Source: the human T2T-CHM13v2.0 reference genome, Homo sapiens
DNA length: 64,000 nucleotides
NCBI RefSeq assembly: GCF_009914755.1
Contig: NC_060925.1
Direction: 5' to 3' (one strand)
Positions 47,207-62,203 of this stretch are shown one piece after another; the stretch's first letter is position 1, and the number at the start of each line of letters is the position of its first letter. Below the pieces are notes generated by a model, which had not been told where the DNA came from, ran no database searches, and worked only from the letters and a program-made list of their open reading frames with translations. Position numbers and translations under genes: made by a program.

Positions 47207-47605
47207 ATTTTTATTGTAAACTAACAACTTATAATTATGTAAATTTATGGTAGTACAAAGTAATGTTATGACTTATGAACATTATATGAAATAATTAAAT
47301 CAAGCTAGTTAAAATATCCATCACCTCAAATACTTAACAATGTTTTTGGCTAGAATATTTGAAATTTACTCTTAGTAATTTTGACATGTACAATACTCTA
47401 TTATTAACTATATTCACCATGCTGTGTAATAACAAGTGACGATGAGCATTTGGAGAAAAGGGAATGTTTGTGCACTGTTGGCAGAAATGTAAATTTGTAC
47501 AGCCATTACGGAAAACTGTATGGAGGTTCCTTAGAAAACTAAAAATAGAATTACCATATGATCCAGCAATCCCACTTCTGGGTATTTACCCAAAAGATTT
47601 GAAAT
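47207..47605 (-). mobile_element. L1MA-type 3' end with 5' inversion
   Basis: 3' UTR is antisense at 47207-47430; ORF2 C-terminal piece is sense at 47431-47605. Confidence 0.8.
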
Positions 47606-48261
47606 ATTCCTTTTTATAGATATGCCATGATTGATTTAGCAGTCCCCAAGTAATACATATTTATGTTGTTTCCAGTCTTTTGCTAGTGCACATAGCATTG
47701 CATTGGATAGCCATGTTTTATGTGCCGTTTACACACATGCTTGTATGGCTGTTGGATACATTCTTAAGAGGTCGAATATCTGGATCAAAAAGTGTGTGCA
47801 TTTATAATTTTGAAAGATACTGCCAAATTATCTTCATAAATGTTGTACCAATTTACACTCCCACCAGCAATGTATGAGAGTGTCTGTTTCCCCACAGCCT
47901 TGCCAACAATAAATACCTTTGCATAATTGGAGCTTGGGATTGAAAAATGAGCATCATAATTTAGTAAGATGAGCCAAGAATGAACTTCTTCCATTTGGAT
48001 CTATGTTTCTTTGTGAGGTGCCTCTTTCCCAGCAGTGACATCCCCTTAAAACTCTGCTAAAATAAAGGCTTAAAAACCAGATCTTCAAATCATTATGTTA
48101 CAGAGAATTAACAAAATTTCTTTCAAAACTAATGAAGCATATTTAACCACAGTTCCTATTATATTTTTATAGCATCAGTAAATAAAATAAAACTTTTAAT
48201 ATTGTTGATCTTATCTCTTATCCCTTTTAAATTTCTATTTTATGTAGGTTTTATATGTCCA

Positions 48262-48265
<4 letters not shown>

Positions 48266-48306
<41 letters not shown>

Positions 48307-48310
48307 TACA
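48266..48310. repeat. (TA)n(CA)n microsatellite
   Basis: Read directly. Confidence 0.95.
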
Positions 48311-48316
48311 TATGTG

Positions 48317-48475
48317 TATGTTTTATAGTAAACATACTCTTAGTATATTAGAGTATTATACAAATTTCAGGTAAAAACTTTTATGTAACTTTTATGTAGT
48401 TTATATGTTTTATAGTAAACATACTCTTAGTATATTAGAGTATTATATAAATTTCAGGCAAAAACTTTTATGTAA
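48317..48475. repeat. 72-bp direct duplication, period 87
   Basis: 48317-48388 vs 48404-48475, two mismatches. Confidence 0.92.
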
Positions 48476-49149
48476 GGGGGTTGTCCAATACTTTTTTGCT
48501 GATGAGGTCTGGGACAAAAACTTTTTTGGTATGTATATATAATTCATATAATCTAAATGACTTATAAAATAAAGAATGTTTAAAATTAACAAGTATTTAA
48601 AACGTGTAACTCTTTCCTCCAACTCTCTTTTCCGGGCGATATGATTCTGGCTGGAAACTGAGAAAAAAGCTCAGTTATTATTACTCATGATCAGTAAGGA
48701 CCAACCCAGATTGGGCATCACATATCAACAGAGTTCCAAAAGAAAAATATTTTTTTCCTCTCCTCAGGGAGGATTATAATGAAAAGTCTACAGTCTTTAC
48801 TTTTCCCTAAGCGGGCAAGTTGAGCAAGAGAATGACTGGCCCTTTACATTTGAATGATGCCACTGGCGGAGGCAGATGGGGCGGTTGGTGGCCTTCCTGC
48901 ATAAAGACCACGCATTGCTCCCAAGGCATTTCTCTGTGAAGTCTCCTGACAGCTGCTCCTGGAAGCTGCTACTCTGGCCAGGGCATCCTTCCCCAGCAGC
49001 CATGAATGCTTCCCCTCTTGGCAGCAGCTCCTGACCACACCTCCTAAGGCAACCAGTCTTTCTTCTAGTTTATGGATTCCTCAGTCCCTGGACCATTCAG
49101 TGCAACCTCTGAGGAGCATCTTAGCTGCACACTAAACACAGCTCTTTAA

Positions 49150-50700
49150 GATCAAAGTAATTTAAAAACATTTTTCCTGATTTTTAAACTTGGAAAACAT
49201 AGAAAATGATAAAGAAAAAATTAAAATTAGCCATAAGAAAAAAATAATCATGTTATAATTCAGAGATAATTGCTATTAATATTTTATCATGATTCCTTTC
49301 AGTCTTTTCTCAGTATACAATATAATATTCTGCATAATGGGATTACATAGTATATACAGTTTTGTATTTTAATTTTTGCTTTCAGTGGAATGCCACGAAT
49401 ATCCCCCATGTCATTGAAAGCACTCCCCAAATACCTTTTTGATGACTATTTAATAGATCACTGTATGGCTGAATCTCGTTTAACTAAATCACCACTGTTG
49501 AATGCTTGGCTTATTTCTAATGTTCTATTCTAATTTTAATTAACACCTTGATATAATGAATTTTTGCCCAAATTTCAGGTTAATCCCTTAATTCCTGAAT
49601 GTCGCGGTACTGTATTGACAGTTCTTAATCCCTGGTCATGCAACATTGCAGCCAGGGGCTCTGTCTTAGCAACTCATGCTTAGTTGCTCTTTTTCACTGC
49701 TGATCTAAGAGAAAAAATGGTAACTTGATACTGATATAATTTGTATTCATTAATCACTATATTGAATAATTTTTCTATATTTTTCTTCAATAATTTTTGT
49801 ATGATAAAAGTAGTTTAAGGTCATCAGGAAAATGTCAAAATAGAAGTGTATAAATAAAAATCATTTGTAATTGCATAACTGAGAGATGTCTTACTCATTA
49901 ATAATATTTTACTTTTTATGGTTTAAATCTTATTCCAATGAGAATTTATATGTATTTTACATAAGTGGATCATACAGTATATATAATTTAGAAGTCTGCT
50001 TTTTATTTAAAGCATTATTCTTATTCTTAAAAAATTGAAAATATAACTTTCCAATACAACTATTTGAAAATAGTTACATTATTTCCTATGCATTGAATGT
50101 ACAATAATTTATTTATATCTCACCATCTTATTAAACATCTAGTTATAATTTTTGTTATCATAAATATCATATTGTATTGTTTTTTAATTAGCAGTTATTT
50201 TATTACAAATAAACTTGAATTTCAAAATGCTTCCACTGTACTTTTGCACTATAGATTACCAGTTTATATCCTATCTCTCATTTTCTAACTGAAATTAATG
50301 TTTCTTATTTATAACAGCTTTTTTAGATTTTAAAGATATTAATCCCTTATCAGTCATATTTATTACATATACTTTTCACATTTGAGTTGTTTGACTTTAA
50401 TTTTCATTTATTCTACATCCAAAACTTTTAAAGTTTTATTTGGTCACATTTATCCATGCTATCCTTTGAAACTCTGTTTATTGTCTGTATGCATTTTTAA
50501 AAAGTGTTTTGTTTTCTAATCCAGTTAAATATTCAACTATGTGTTCTTCTATTTTTTGTTTCATTTTGTTTTTTAGTGCTTTTATGTCTATATTGAACTA
50601 TTTAATTTAGGCAGAAATTGTTTTAGCGCACGGTGTAGGAAGATGGGCTAACTTTTTTCCAAATAACCTACTTCCTAGGTTTCCCTTTTAAATTTGAGAC
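49150..50700 (-). mobile_element. Very old L1ME-like fragments
   Basis: AT-rich, with gatattaatcccttatcagtcata and similar antisense L1 motifs. Confidence 0.5.
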
Positions 50701-50950
50701 TGTTTCTTTCATACAGAGAAGTCATTATATGTGATGAAACTAATACGTGGTGAAAATCCCATATATACGGGATTTTCCAGGGTAATTTTAACTATACACG
50801 GCTTTCACCATATATAGTGAAAAAAAACTCTTATATAGCACCCTGAATATGCAATATATAGTCTCTCTATAAATTCAACACAGCCATCATCTTCTCCAGT
50901 GTTGGAACAATGGATATTTTTTAATGTACAGCACGATGTGAACAAGTTAG

Positions 50951-51310
<360 letters not shown>

Positions 51311-51802
51311 GGGTTAGTGTTTTTTGAGCTCTAGAATAATACCTAACATAAAAGAGTTCCACACTATGGGAAGCTCAAGGGAGCTGATATTGAAGAAACA
51401 TGAGGTTTCTATGTCTCTTTCACAGTTGTTCACTCTGGGGCATGTGGTCAAAGAATGCAATGGAGGACACTGCAGATTCACCAGTTCTGCTTAGGTCCTA
51501 TGTGCTCTCCAGCTCAGTCTAAGTGTTTCTCTGTTTCTCTTGTTCCTTTAACATAAGTTGAAGATGTGTATGATGTGACACTACTGTATCTTCTCAGAAA
51601 CCTGTTGAGACCCTCTAGCTGTGAGGCGAGCTGACACTTCACAGTATCACACTTCCCTGCGTTCTTGTGCTGTTCCTGAGCTGGATCGCAGGCTCTCAGG
51701 CCTCAAAAGTAAGTCCTGGTGGTCTCTAAAAGTATTCTCCAAGCCATGGAGTTCCATCCTAAAATGCATCACTTCCCTGAGTGTCATATTAAATATCTAC
51801 AG

Positions 51803-52115
51803 AAGCACTGTTCAACGGAAATAGGATTCAAGCCACATATTAATTTTGAATTTTCTAGTACCTGCATTTAAAAAAGTACAAAGAAACTGGTAAAATTAAT
51901 TTTAATAATAGATCTTATTCAATCCAATAGCTCAATCATTTCAAAATGTAATCAATGTAAACATTATTAATGAGATATTTTACATCCTTTTAAAAATACT
52001 AAGCCTTAAATCTGGTGTTTATTTGACTCTTGCAGCACATCTCAATTTGAACTAGGGATATTGTAAGTGCTCAGTAGCTACACGCAGTTAGTGGCTACTA
52101 TATTGAACAGTGCAG
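51803..52115. mobile_element. MER33 hAT-Charlie MITE
   Basis: TIRs gcactgttcaa / ttgaacagtgc; 8-bp TSD ATCTA(C/G)AG. Confidence 0.9.
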
Positions 52116-54185
52116 ATCTAGAGGACTTACTAGCAATCATAAATTCATCATTAAATTCAAAAGTGTCTGTGTGTTTTATGTAAGTGTTCTGGATTTCCTA
52201 TATTTTCCAACTCAGGTTAGAGAACTGACTCCTCAATGATCCCATGCTACACCATTTAAAAAGTAAGTCATAGTTAAGAATGGGCTGCTTCTTATTTCTT
52301 TTACTTCTCTCCTGTGTCATTTCTTTTCTCTACAACCATATCCTTCAAATTCTGTTTTGCAGAGAGCCTATCACTCTGTGTTGGGCACAGGCAACCCTAG
52401 ATCAGGGAAAATGGATGAGATGCTGAGATCCCAGGTAGAAAGCTCTCAATAAAAAACAAGAGTCAGAAACATTAAAACATTTTTCCTTTCCTTGATGGCT
52501 TCAAATCTATTCCCACCCCACCCCAGTATGTCTCCCTTTCCCCAGTTCCAATAGGATAAAAGATTTAATTTTATTTTTAACCAATATATATGTGAAAAAA
52601 AATCTCCATTTTCTGATTGCTACTTATTTTAGGGTTGTAAGCATTAGTAAACAATATATAATTGTTTAAATATTGTAAACAATTGTTTAAATATTAGTAA
52701 ATAATACATAATTATTTAAATAAAACAATATATAAGTTTTTTAAATATATGGCCTGGTTTTTTAAAAGAAGCAAGCAAATATGGCTTTTGCTGGCATTGT
52801 TTAAAAATGAATAGAATGTTCTCAGTAAACTTTTACATTACTCCGCAACATGTTTTGTTAGAAAAGCCTGTCGTAGTATCTAAAATTGTGTAAATCATCA
52901 GTTTTTAATCTGGCAGGAAGTAGATAGTGGCCCATTAAACTTTCGTAATTAAATTTTCCCTGTACTCCCCCATAGAACCATTATCTGAGTTTTCTAATTA
53001 ACACAAGAGGAGGGAGTCAATTCAGGTTGATGGGATCTAGAGCCATCCCCTTTCATTTTAATGACCTTTAATAAACTTTTATTACTATTGATATTGATAA
53101 TTATAATACACCCTTTAATTCTGCAATGTGATTCTAAGGACCTTTTCAAAAATTGCAAAATTCACCTTTAAAGCTAGAGTAGGCAGAATTATTATATTCC
53201 TAGAGGCTGTGCATTTAACAGAGTGACTTTAAGTTAGCCGAAGGGTGGATAGGCATTGAGTCAATGGCCTTTCCTTTCCTTGAGCCTAGTGCTCAAGTGC
53301 TGGACCTCTGTCTTTACACAGCCTCCATATTTCACAGCACAGTTCTCGCGAGCATGGCAGTTGGGCTGAATTGGGAGTGGTTTTTGAGAAATAATAGGTG
53401 GAGCTTACTAAATTTGTTTTGTTTACAATTGGAAAGGCATTGAGACCAGGAGGCCAGATGCCCAAGAGGATAAGTCATTAGGCAAGCAGGCTGGTTTCCC
53501 AGACTGTTTTCAGGAGATCTTGCCAGAGTTTTACATAATTCTACATCCTCTCAGAGCTTCCGTTCCTATCACTGGAATTGATCTTTCCAGGTGAGAAAAT
53601 AAATTTCCCAACCTGAGCACATAAGCACTGGGAAGAACATTTCTATTTTTACTTTTAATTTACTTCAGAAATTGGGGTACTAAGAGGATAAGTTACCAAG
53701 GTCATGTATATAGTAAACGATGGAGCTAGAATTTAGCTTATGCTATTACTCATCAAGTTATGCTGTCTGCAAAATGACAATGGGTAGGCTATGTTGGATT
53801 TCTTGTGCCTTGGTTAATGAAATAATAAGTTGGAAAACTATGAGCTCTACCAAACTCAGAGTGTTTAGGAGAGAATTAATGGAATGGTTTCATAATCCCT
53901 TTATCAATATAGTGGGAAATAAAATACTTTATTTCATAGAAATGTTGTGAGGATTAAATGAGATAAGATATAAAACATGTTTAGCGTACTGTCTAGTTCC
54001 ATAAGTGTTACATTTCATTTTATTATAAATATTGTTTCCATAGTATCTCACCTATTCTTTTCAAAGTTCAGATGTTTGGTTCTTTGACATCTCAACATAT
54101 GAACAAAAAAGTACATATTAAAAATAAAAGTCTATATGCTCTTAATTATAGAGCTGCTTAAAGAAGACAAAAATAAAAGTCTAGG

Positions 54186-54523
54186 GGCTGGGCACAGGGG
54201 CTCACACCTGTAATCCCAGCACTTTAGGAGGCTGAGGCGGGAGGATCTCTAGAGCCCAGGAGTTCAAGACCAGCCTGGGCCACACATACTGAGACCTCAT
54301 CTCTACTAAAAAAGTTTAAAAATTAGCCAGATATGGTAGCACACACCTGTAGTCCCAGCTAATCGGGCGGCTGAGTTGGGAAGATCGCTTGAGCACAGGA
54401 TGTCAAGGCTGCAGTGAGCTATGATCATGCCACTACACTCCAGTCTGGGTGACAGAGCAAGACCCTTTCTCTAAAAAATAAAAATAAATAAATAACATAA
54501 ATAAATAAATAAATAACAAAAAT
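54186..54523 (+). mobile_element. AluJ SINE
   Basis: Dimer with (TAAA)n tail; TSD aaataaaa(g/a)tcta. Confidence 0.93.
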
Positions 54524-54536
54524 AAATAAAAATCTA

Positions 54537-54699
54537 ATACTTACCTGTCAGGGAACAAACCACGATTCCAAAGGTGGTTTTTCCAAGGCTAAGCTCATCC
54601 ACTGCACTCCAGGTATGCTGACCCTTGCAATTTCCCCAAATGCTGGAAACTTGACTGCATGATTTGTAGTAGTACAGCCCGTGTTCATGTTGTCCCCTG
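54537..54699 (+). pseudogene. RNU1: U1 snRNA retropseudogene, full length and diverged
   Basis: Colinear with U1 from ATACTTACCTG through aaggtggtttt, tgcactcc, atttccccaaatg, gactgcat.atttgt.gtagt to tcccctg; A-rich tail; Alu rather than PSE upstream; Sm site and stem-loop 4 mutated. Confidence 0.95.
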
Positions 54700-54930
54700 A
54701 AAAAAAATTAATTTAAAGTTTAAAAATATTTTAATAAAATAAAATAAGTCCAGACTTACCTGAGAAGACATAGCAAGGACCTGTTCAAGATAACAAATAT
54801 AGTATATGATCACTGAATTCAAATATGTGTATAATCTAGCTGTTACAGTAATCTAAGGATGAGGCTTGTACAACTTGCTTTTATATAATAGCAGGAAAAA
54901 CACAGAAGAAAGGAAAAATCAGACAGACTT

Positions 54931-55226
<296 letters not shown>

Positions 55227-55831
55227 TGGACAGGCTTTTAAACAACAATAATCACCATTTATAGTTCTTTCTGAATTTAATTTTCCAAAAAGAAGAGAAA
55301 TGTTTTAAAGCACTTGTTGGGGAGAAGTTCCATTTCATGACATTGGAGTACCTAAAATCAAACATACCCTCCTAATGAAATAACTAAGAAATGGGGAGGC
55401 AGAATATATGAGGCAGTGGTTTTTGGATAGCACAGAACTAGGATCCATTATAGAAGGGAAGTAAATGAAGTGAGCCATGTAACTGCCATATCTTTCTGTC
55501 TGGGAGCGCTTTCCAGATTGCAGTGCAGTGAGGAGAACCCCCAAAATGCATGGCACTCTCACTGAGTTGAGTAGACACAGATCAGAGTTTGGGAAGATTG
55601 AGGTGGCTAGAGAGAAGACAGTTGTGTAGGGAAAGGGTTCCAAAAATATTGACGCAGATCCCGTGACTCTATTGTTGAGTATTAAACTATATATGAATAA
55701 GGTAAAAGTCCATGGGGTCAGGAAAACAACTCAAGACTTGAGGGTCTGAAAGATACCTTCACTGAAGGCCCCAAGTAGTTACACTTTCATAGTGATGCTA
55801 AGCTGGCCTTAGAATAAAGGAAGCTCTGGAT

Positions 55832-56051
55832 CAGTGATCAGCAAAGCATGGTGCGTGGGCCAAATCCGGTTGATGACCTGTTTTTGTTTGACCCACCAGA
55901 TAAGAACGGTCTTCACACTTTTACAAGGTTGTATTAAAAAAAAAAAAAAAAAGGAGGAGGAGGAAGTTACACAATAAAGATTGGGTGTTATCTAGAAAGC
56001 TTAACTTAACATTTACTACCTGGCTCTTTATAGAAAAAGTTTACTGACATG
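55832..56051. mobile_element. MER58A hAT MITE
   Basis: cagcaaa...gtgggccaaatccgg...tttactacctggctctttatagaaaaagtttactgac. Confidence 0.85.
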
Positions 56052-56445
56052 CCTTAAAAAGTCTAAAAATAATTCTTGAAATAATCAAACTGATTCTCAG
56101 TTCATTTGACTTCCTGCCCAAAGTCTAATACTTTAAATAAATAAAAAAAAATCTGGCACTTAACAGTGTACAATTCAAAATCCCTAGCACCCAATAAAAA
56201 TTATTAGACATACAAATAAGCAGGAAAATGTTATTCATAATCAGAAAAAAATAACTCAATAGAAAACTCAGAAATGACAGGTGATGGAACGTACAGACAA
56301 GGACTTTAAACAGAGATTGTAAATATGCTCAAGGATTTAAAAGAGAACATAAAAATAATAAAGAGAGAAATAAAGGATATATAAATGAAACAAACTGAGC
56401 TTTTAGAGATTAAAAAACACAATCTCCCAAATGAGAAATTTACTA

Positions 56446-56802
<357 letters not shown>

Positions 56803-57119
56803 TCAATAGACATATTTATTGAAACTAAAGCAAAGAAGAAGAGAAAAGTTATGAAAAAATGAACAGAGTTTCAGTGACTATAGGATAAGATGAATTAACA
56901 TCTGAGTAATTAGACTACCAAAAAAGAAAGATGGAGAGGAAAAAAATTGGAAAAGAAATAATGGTCAAAACATTCCAAGTTTGATGAAAACTACAAAGCC
57001 CTAATCCAGAAAGCTCAATAAGCCCCAAGCAGGATAAACACAAAGAAACCACACCAAGATAAATCATAAGCAAAAATCTGCGGTAAAGAAAAAATATTGA
57101 CATAGAAAAGTAGCCCATT

Positions 57120-57475
<356 letters not shown>

Positions 57476-57994
57476 TCAAACTATGCTGCCATATTTTGAA
57501 AGAAAAAATGTCAACCTAGAATTTTATATATATATATATAAAACATCTATCAAAAATGAAGATCTATGCCAGTAATTAACATTTGGAATTTGAAATCTGT
57601 TAACAATATCACTTATAATAGTACCAAAAATTAAATATCTAGATATATATATCTAACAAAATATGTACAAAATATGTACAAAATCTATAAGCTGAAAACA
57701 ACAAACTTTGATTAAAGAGCTCAAAGAAGATCCAAATAAGTAAGGAGACAATTCTGTGATTCATAGATTGGTAGACTCAATATTTTTAAGATATCAACCC
57801 TGCCCAAATTGACCTGTAGGTCCAATGCAATACCAATCAAAATCCCAGTGAGATATTTTTTAGATATCAATAAAATTATTGTAACATCTATAAGAAAAGG
57901 CACAAGATGTAAAATAGCCCGAGAAAAAAGAATAAAGTTGAAGGACTTACACTACCTGATTTCAAAACTTACTATAAAGCTATGAAGTTATAAA

Positions 57995-59290
<1,296 letters not shown>

Positions 59291-59413
59291 AAAAATAAAA
59301 AGAGACTCCTTCTAAATTATTTTGTAAGATAGTTTTAGTCTAATACCGAAACCAAACCACAAAAAAAGAGCTACAGGTCAAATCCCTCATAAATACAGAT
59401 GCAAAAATTCTTA

Positions 59414-59782
<369 letters not shown>

Positions 59783-59790
59783 TTAGCTAA

Positions 59791-60014
<224 letters not shown>

Positions 60015-60124
60015 TCCATCCATAATTTTAAGTTAGCATGGGCATGAAGACACATTTTGCTTAAGATATGAAAGGTGGAAGTGAAGCTACCACCATATTA
60101 CTTTCATGCATGGAAGGTTGATGT

Positions 60125-60445
60125 GAGCAGCTGGTGCCGTTACAGTGCACACACATTGTTGCTGATCTGCTGGTTTACGTTGTTGGCACTGCACAGTAGC
60201 TGGGCTTTCAGTTGCTTTACTCCCACTGGATCACCTCCTTCAGCTTTTCTGAATCCAGTGCCAGAGTGTACAGCTCCGGAAGCAGCAGCTGAGCTTGCAG
60301 CTTCTCCAGCTCCCGCCAGATCTCTTCCTTCAGGTTCTTTGAATCGTTGGCCAGCATGTGCAACTCCTGGGGCAGCGGCCAAGCCCACAACTCTTCCAGC
60401 TCCTGGAGGAATCTCTTCTGCCAGGTTCTCTAACACTTGGGCCAG
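60125..60445 (-). pseudogene. APOA4: APOA4-like coding fragment inside the LTR, 90-bp unit triplicated, disrupted
   Basis: Manual translation LALDSEKLKEVIQWE/KQLKAQLLCSANNVNQQISNNVCAL* vs remembered human APOA4 [42 protein letters not shown], 22/41 identical; two frameshifts and a stop. Confidence 0.78.
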
Positions 60446-61901
60446 TCCCAGCACCAAAGATAGAAGTGATAGTAGTACATAAAATGTTTTGCTAGCTCCC
60501 ACAATTACATAAAGTCAAATCCTTGTAATATACAAACTCTGTAGTCTATATTGAGTATAGTGGTTCTTTTCTTCTAATCAAAACCTATTTGATACAATAA
60601 TACATCATGACTATGTGAAATTTATTCTAGGAATGTAAGATTTGTTTAACATTTAAAAATATATCAATGTAATTCACTATATTAATAGACGAATGTGCAA
60701 ACTCTGTGATTATCTCAACAGGTACAGAAAAGATGTGTGAAAAAATTTAAACTGCAACAGCCGTGTGTGACATAAATCATCAGCACACTAGTTATAAAAA
60801 GAAACTTCTTCAACCTGATAAAAGGTTGTCTATAAAACCCATAGCTAATAACATAATGGTGAAAGATTCAATACTTTCCTCCTATCAGGAAGGAATAAAG
60901 GATGTCCAGTTCCATGACTTTTATTTACCATTATACTGGAGGTCCTGGCCAGTGTAATAAAGCAAGAGAAAGATTTTTAAAATCATGTAAATTGGAAAGG
61001 GAAGAAGTAAAAGAGTTTTGATTCATAGATGACATGATCATGTGAATCAATATCATATGAAATCTGCAAAACAGATCCTAGAACTAATAAGTAGATGTGG
61101 CAAGTTTGCAGAATGTAAGATCACTAAGCAAAAATCAATTGCAGAGTAGCTTCAAAACATAAAATATATAGGGATAAATTTAATAAGTTGTGTGTAAGAT
61201 TTATATACTGAAAATTCTCTCAAACTTTGTGGAGATAAGCCAAAGATAATCTAAGAAAGTGGAAAGACTTCCTAGGTTCAAGAATTAGAAGACTCAATAA
61301 TGTGAAGCCATTAATTCTCCCTCAATTGATCTATAGAGATCTCAATCATTCAAAATCTAAGTTGGATGTAGTAAAAATCAACAAGCTGGTTCAAAAATTT
61401 ATGATGAAAATGCACAGGACCTAAAATAGTCATGGTAATTTTGAAACAAAATAGTTGGAGGACTTATATACTACTCTGATTTCAAAACAAAATATAAAGC
61501 TGCAGTAATCAAGGCAGTGGGTATTCATGTAAGAATCAATGGGATAGAAAAAGATCCACACATATATGGGTGATTGGTATATGACAGGAGTACCAAGGTA
61601 CTTCAATGAGAAAGGGATAGTCTTTTCAACAAATGGCGCTGTCTATCGATATGAAAAAAATTGACATCCATCTTTACTTCACACCATAGACTGAGGTCAC
61701 ATACCTAAACATAGAAGTCAAAATGATAAAACATCCAGAAGAAAACATAAGAGAAAACACTTTTTAGCCTTGTAGTAGTCGTCCAGATTTTTAGGATACA
61801 AAAAAGCAAAAGCCATAAAAGAAAAAGATAATATATGTACTTCATCAAAATGTAAAACTTATGCTTTTCAAATACACCATTAAAAAAAAACAACAAAAAA
61901 T

Positions 61902-62203
61902 GGCAAGGCATGGTGATTCATATTTACAATCCCAGCACTTTAGCAGGCTGAGGCAGGAGGGTTGCTTGTGCATAATAGTTTGAGACCAATTTGGGTGATA
62001 TCTCATCTCTACCAAAAATTAAAATGTTTTAAAAATTGGCCGGGCGTGGTGGTGCATGCCTGTAGTCCCAACTACTTTTAGAAGCTAAGGTGGGAGGATT
62101 GCTTGAGCCCAGGAGGTCAAGGTCGATCATGTCACTGCACTTCAGCCTGAGCAGCGGAGGGAGACCCTGTCTCAAACAAACAAAGAAAAGAAAAAAAGAA
62201 AAA
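61902..62203 (+). mobile_element. Degraded AluJ
   Basis: Dimer with small deletions; A-rich tail. Confidence 0.88.

Larger units (their letters stand above)
46540..48000 (-). mobile_element. Old L1ME-like 3' region hosting an Alu and an L1MA insert
   Basis: ttaatggctgtataatatt...; tgtaccaatttacactcccaccagcaatgtatgagagtg. Confidence 0.75.

Noticed and set aside
52640-52745. AT-rich imperfect tandem repeats with the palindrome taaacaattgttta
   Set aside because: Low-complexity slippage product; no regular repeat-spacer structure, so not CRISPR-like
54537-54699. Functional variant U1 gene
   Set aside because: Many substitutions, damaged Sm site and stem-loop 4, A tail and TSD, and no upstream snRNA promoter
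60075-60502. Overlapping 135-aa (+) and 120-aa (-) ORFs, the latter with a signal-peptide-like start
   Set aside because: Inside an LTR. The minus ORF is in the APOA4-like frame only at its two ends and is frameshifted in between; no evidence of a functional CDS
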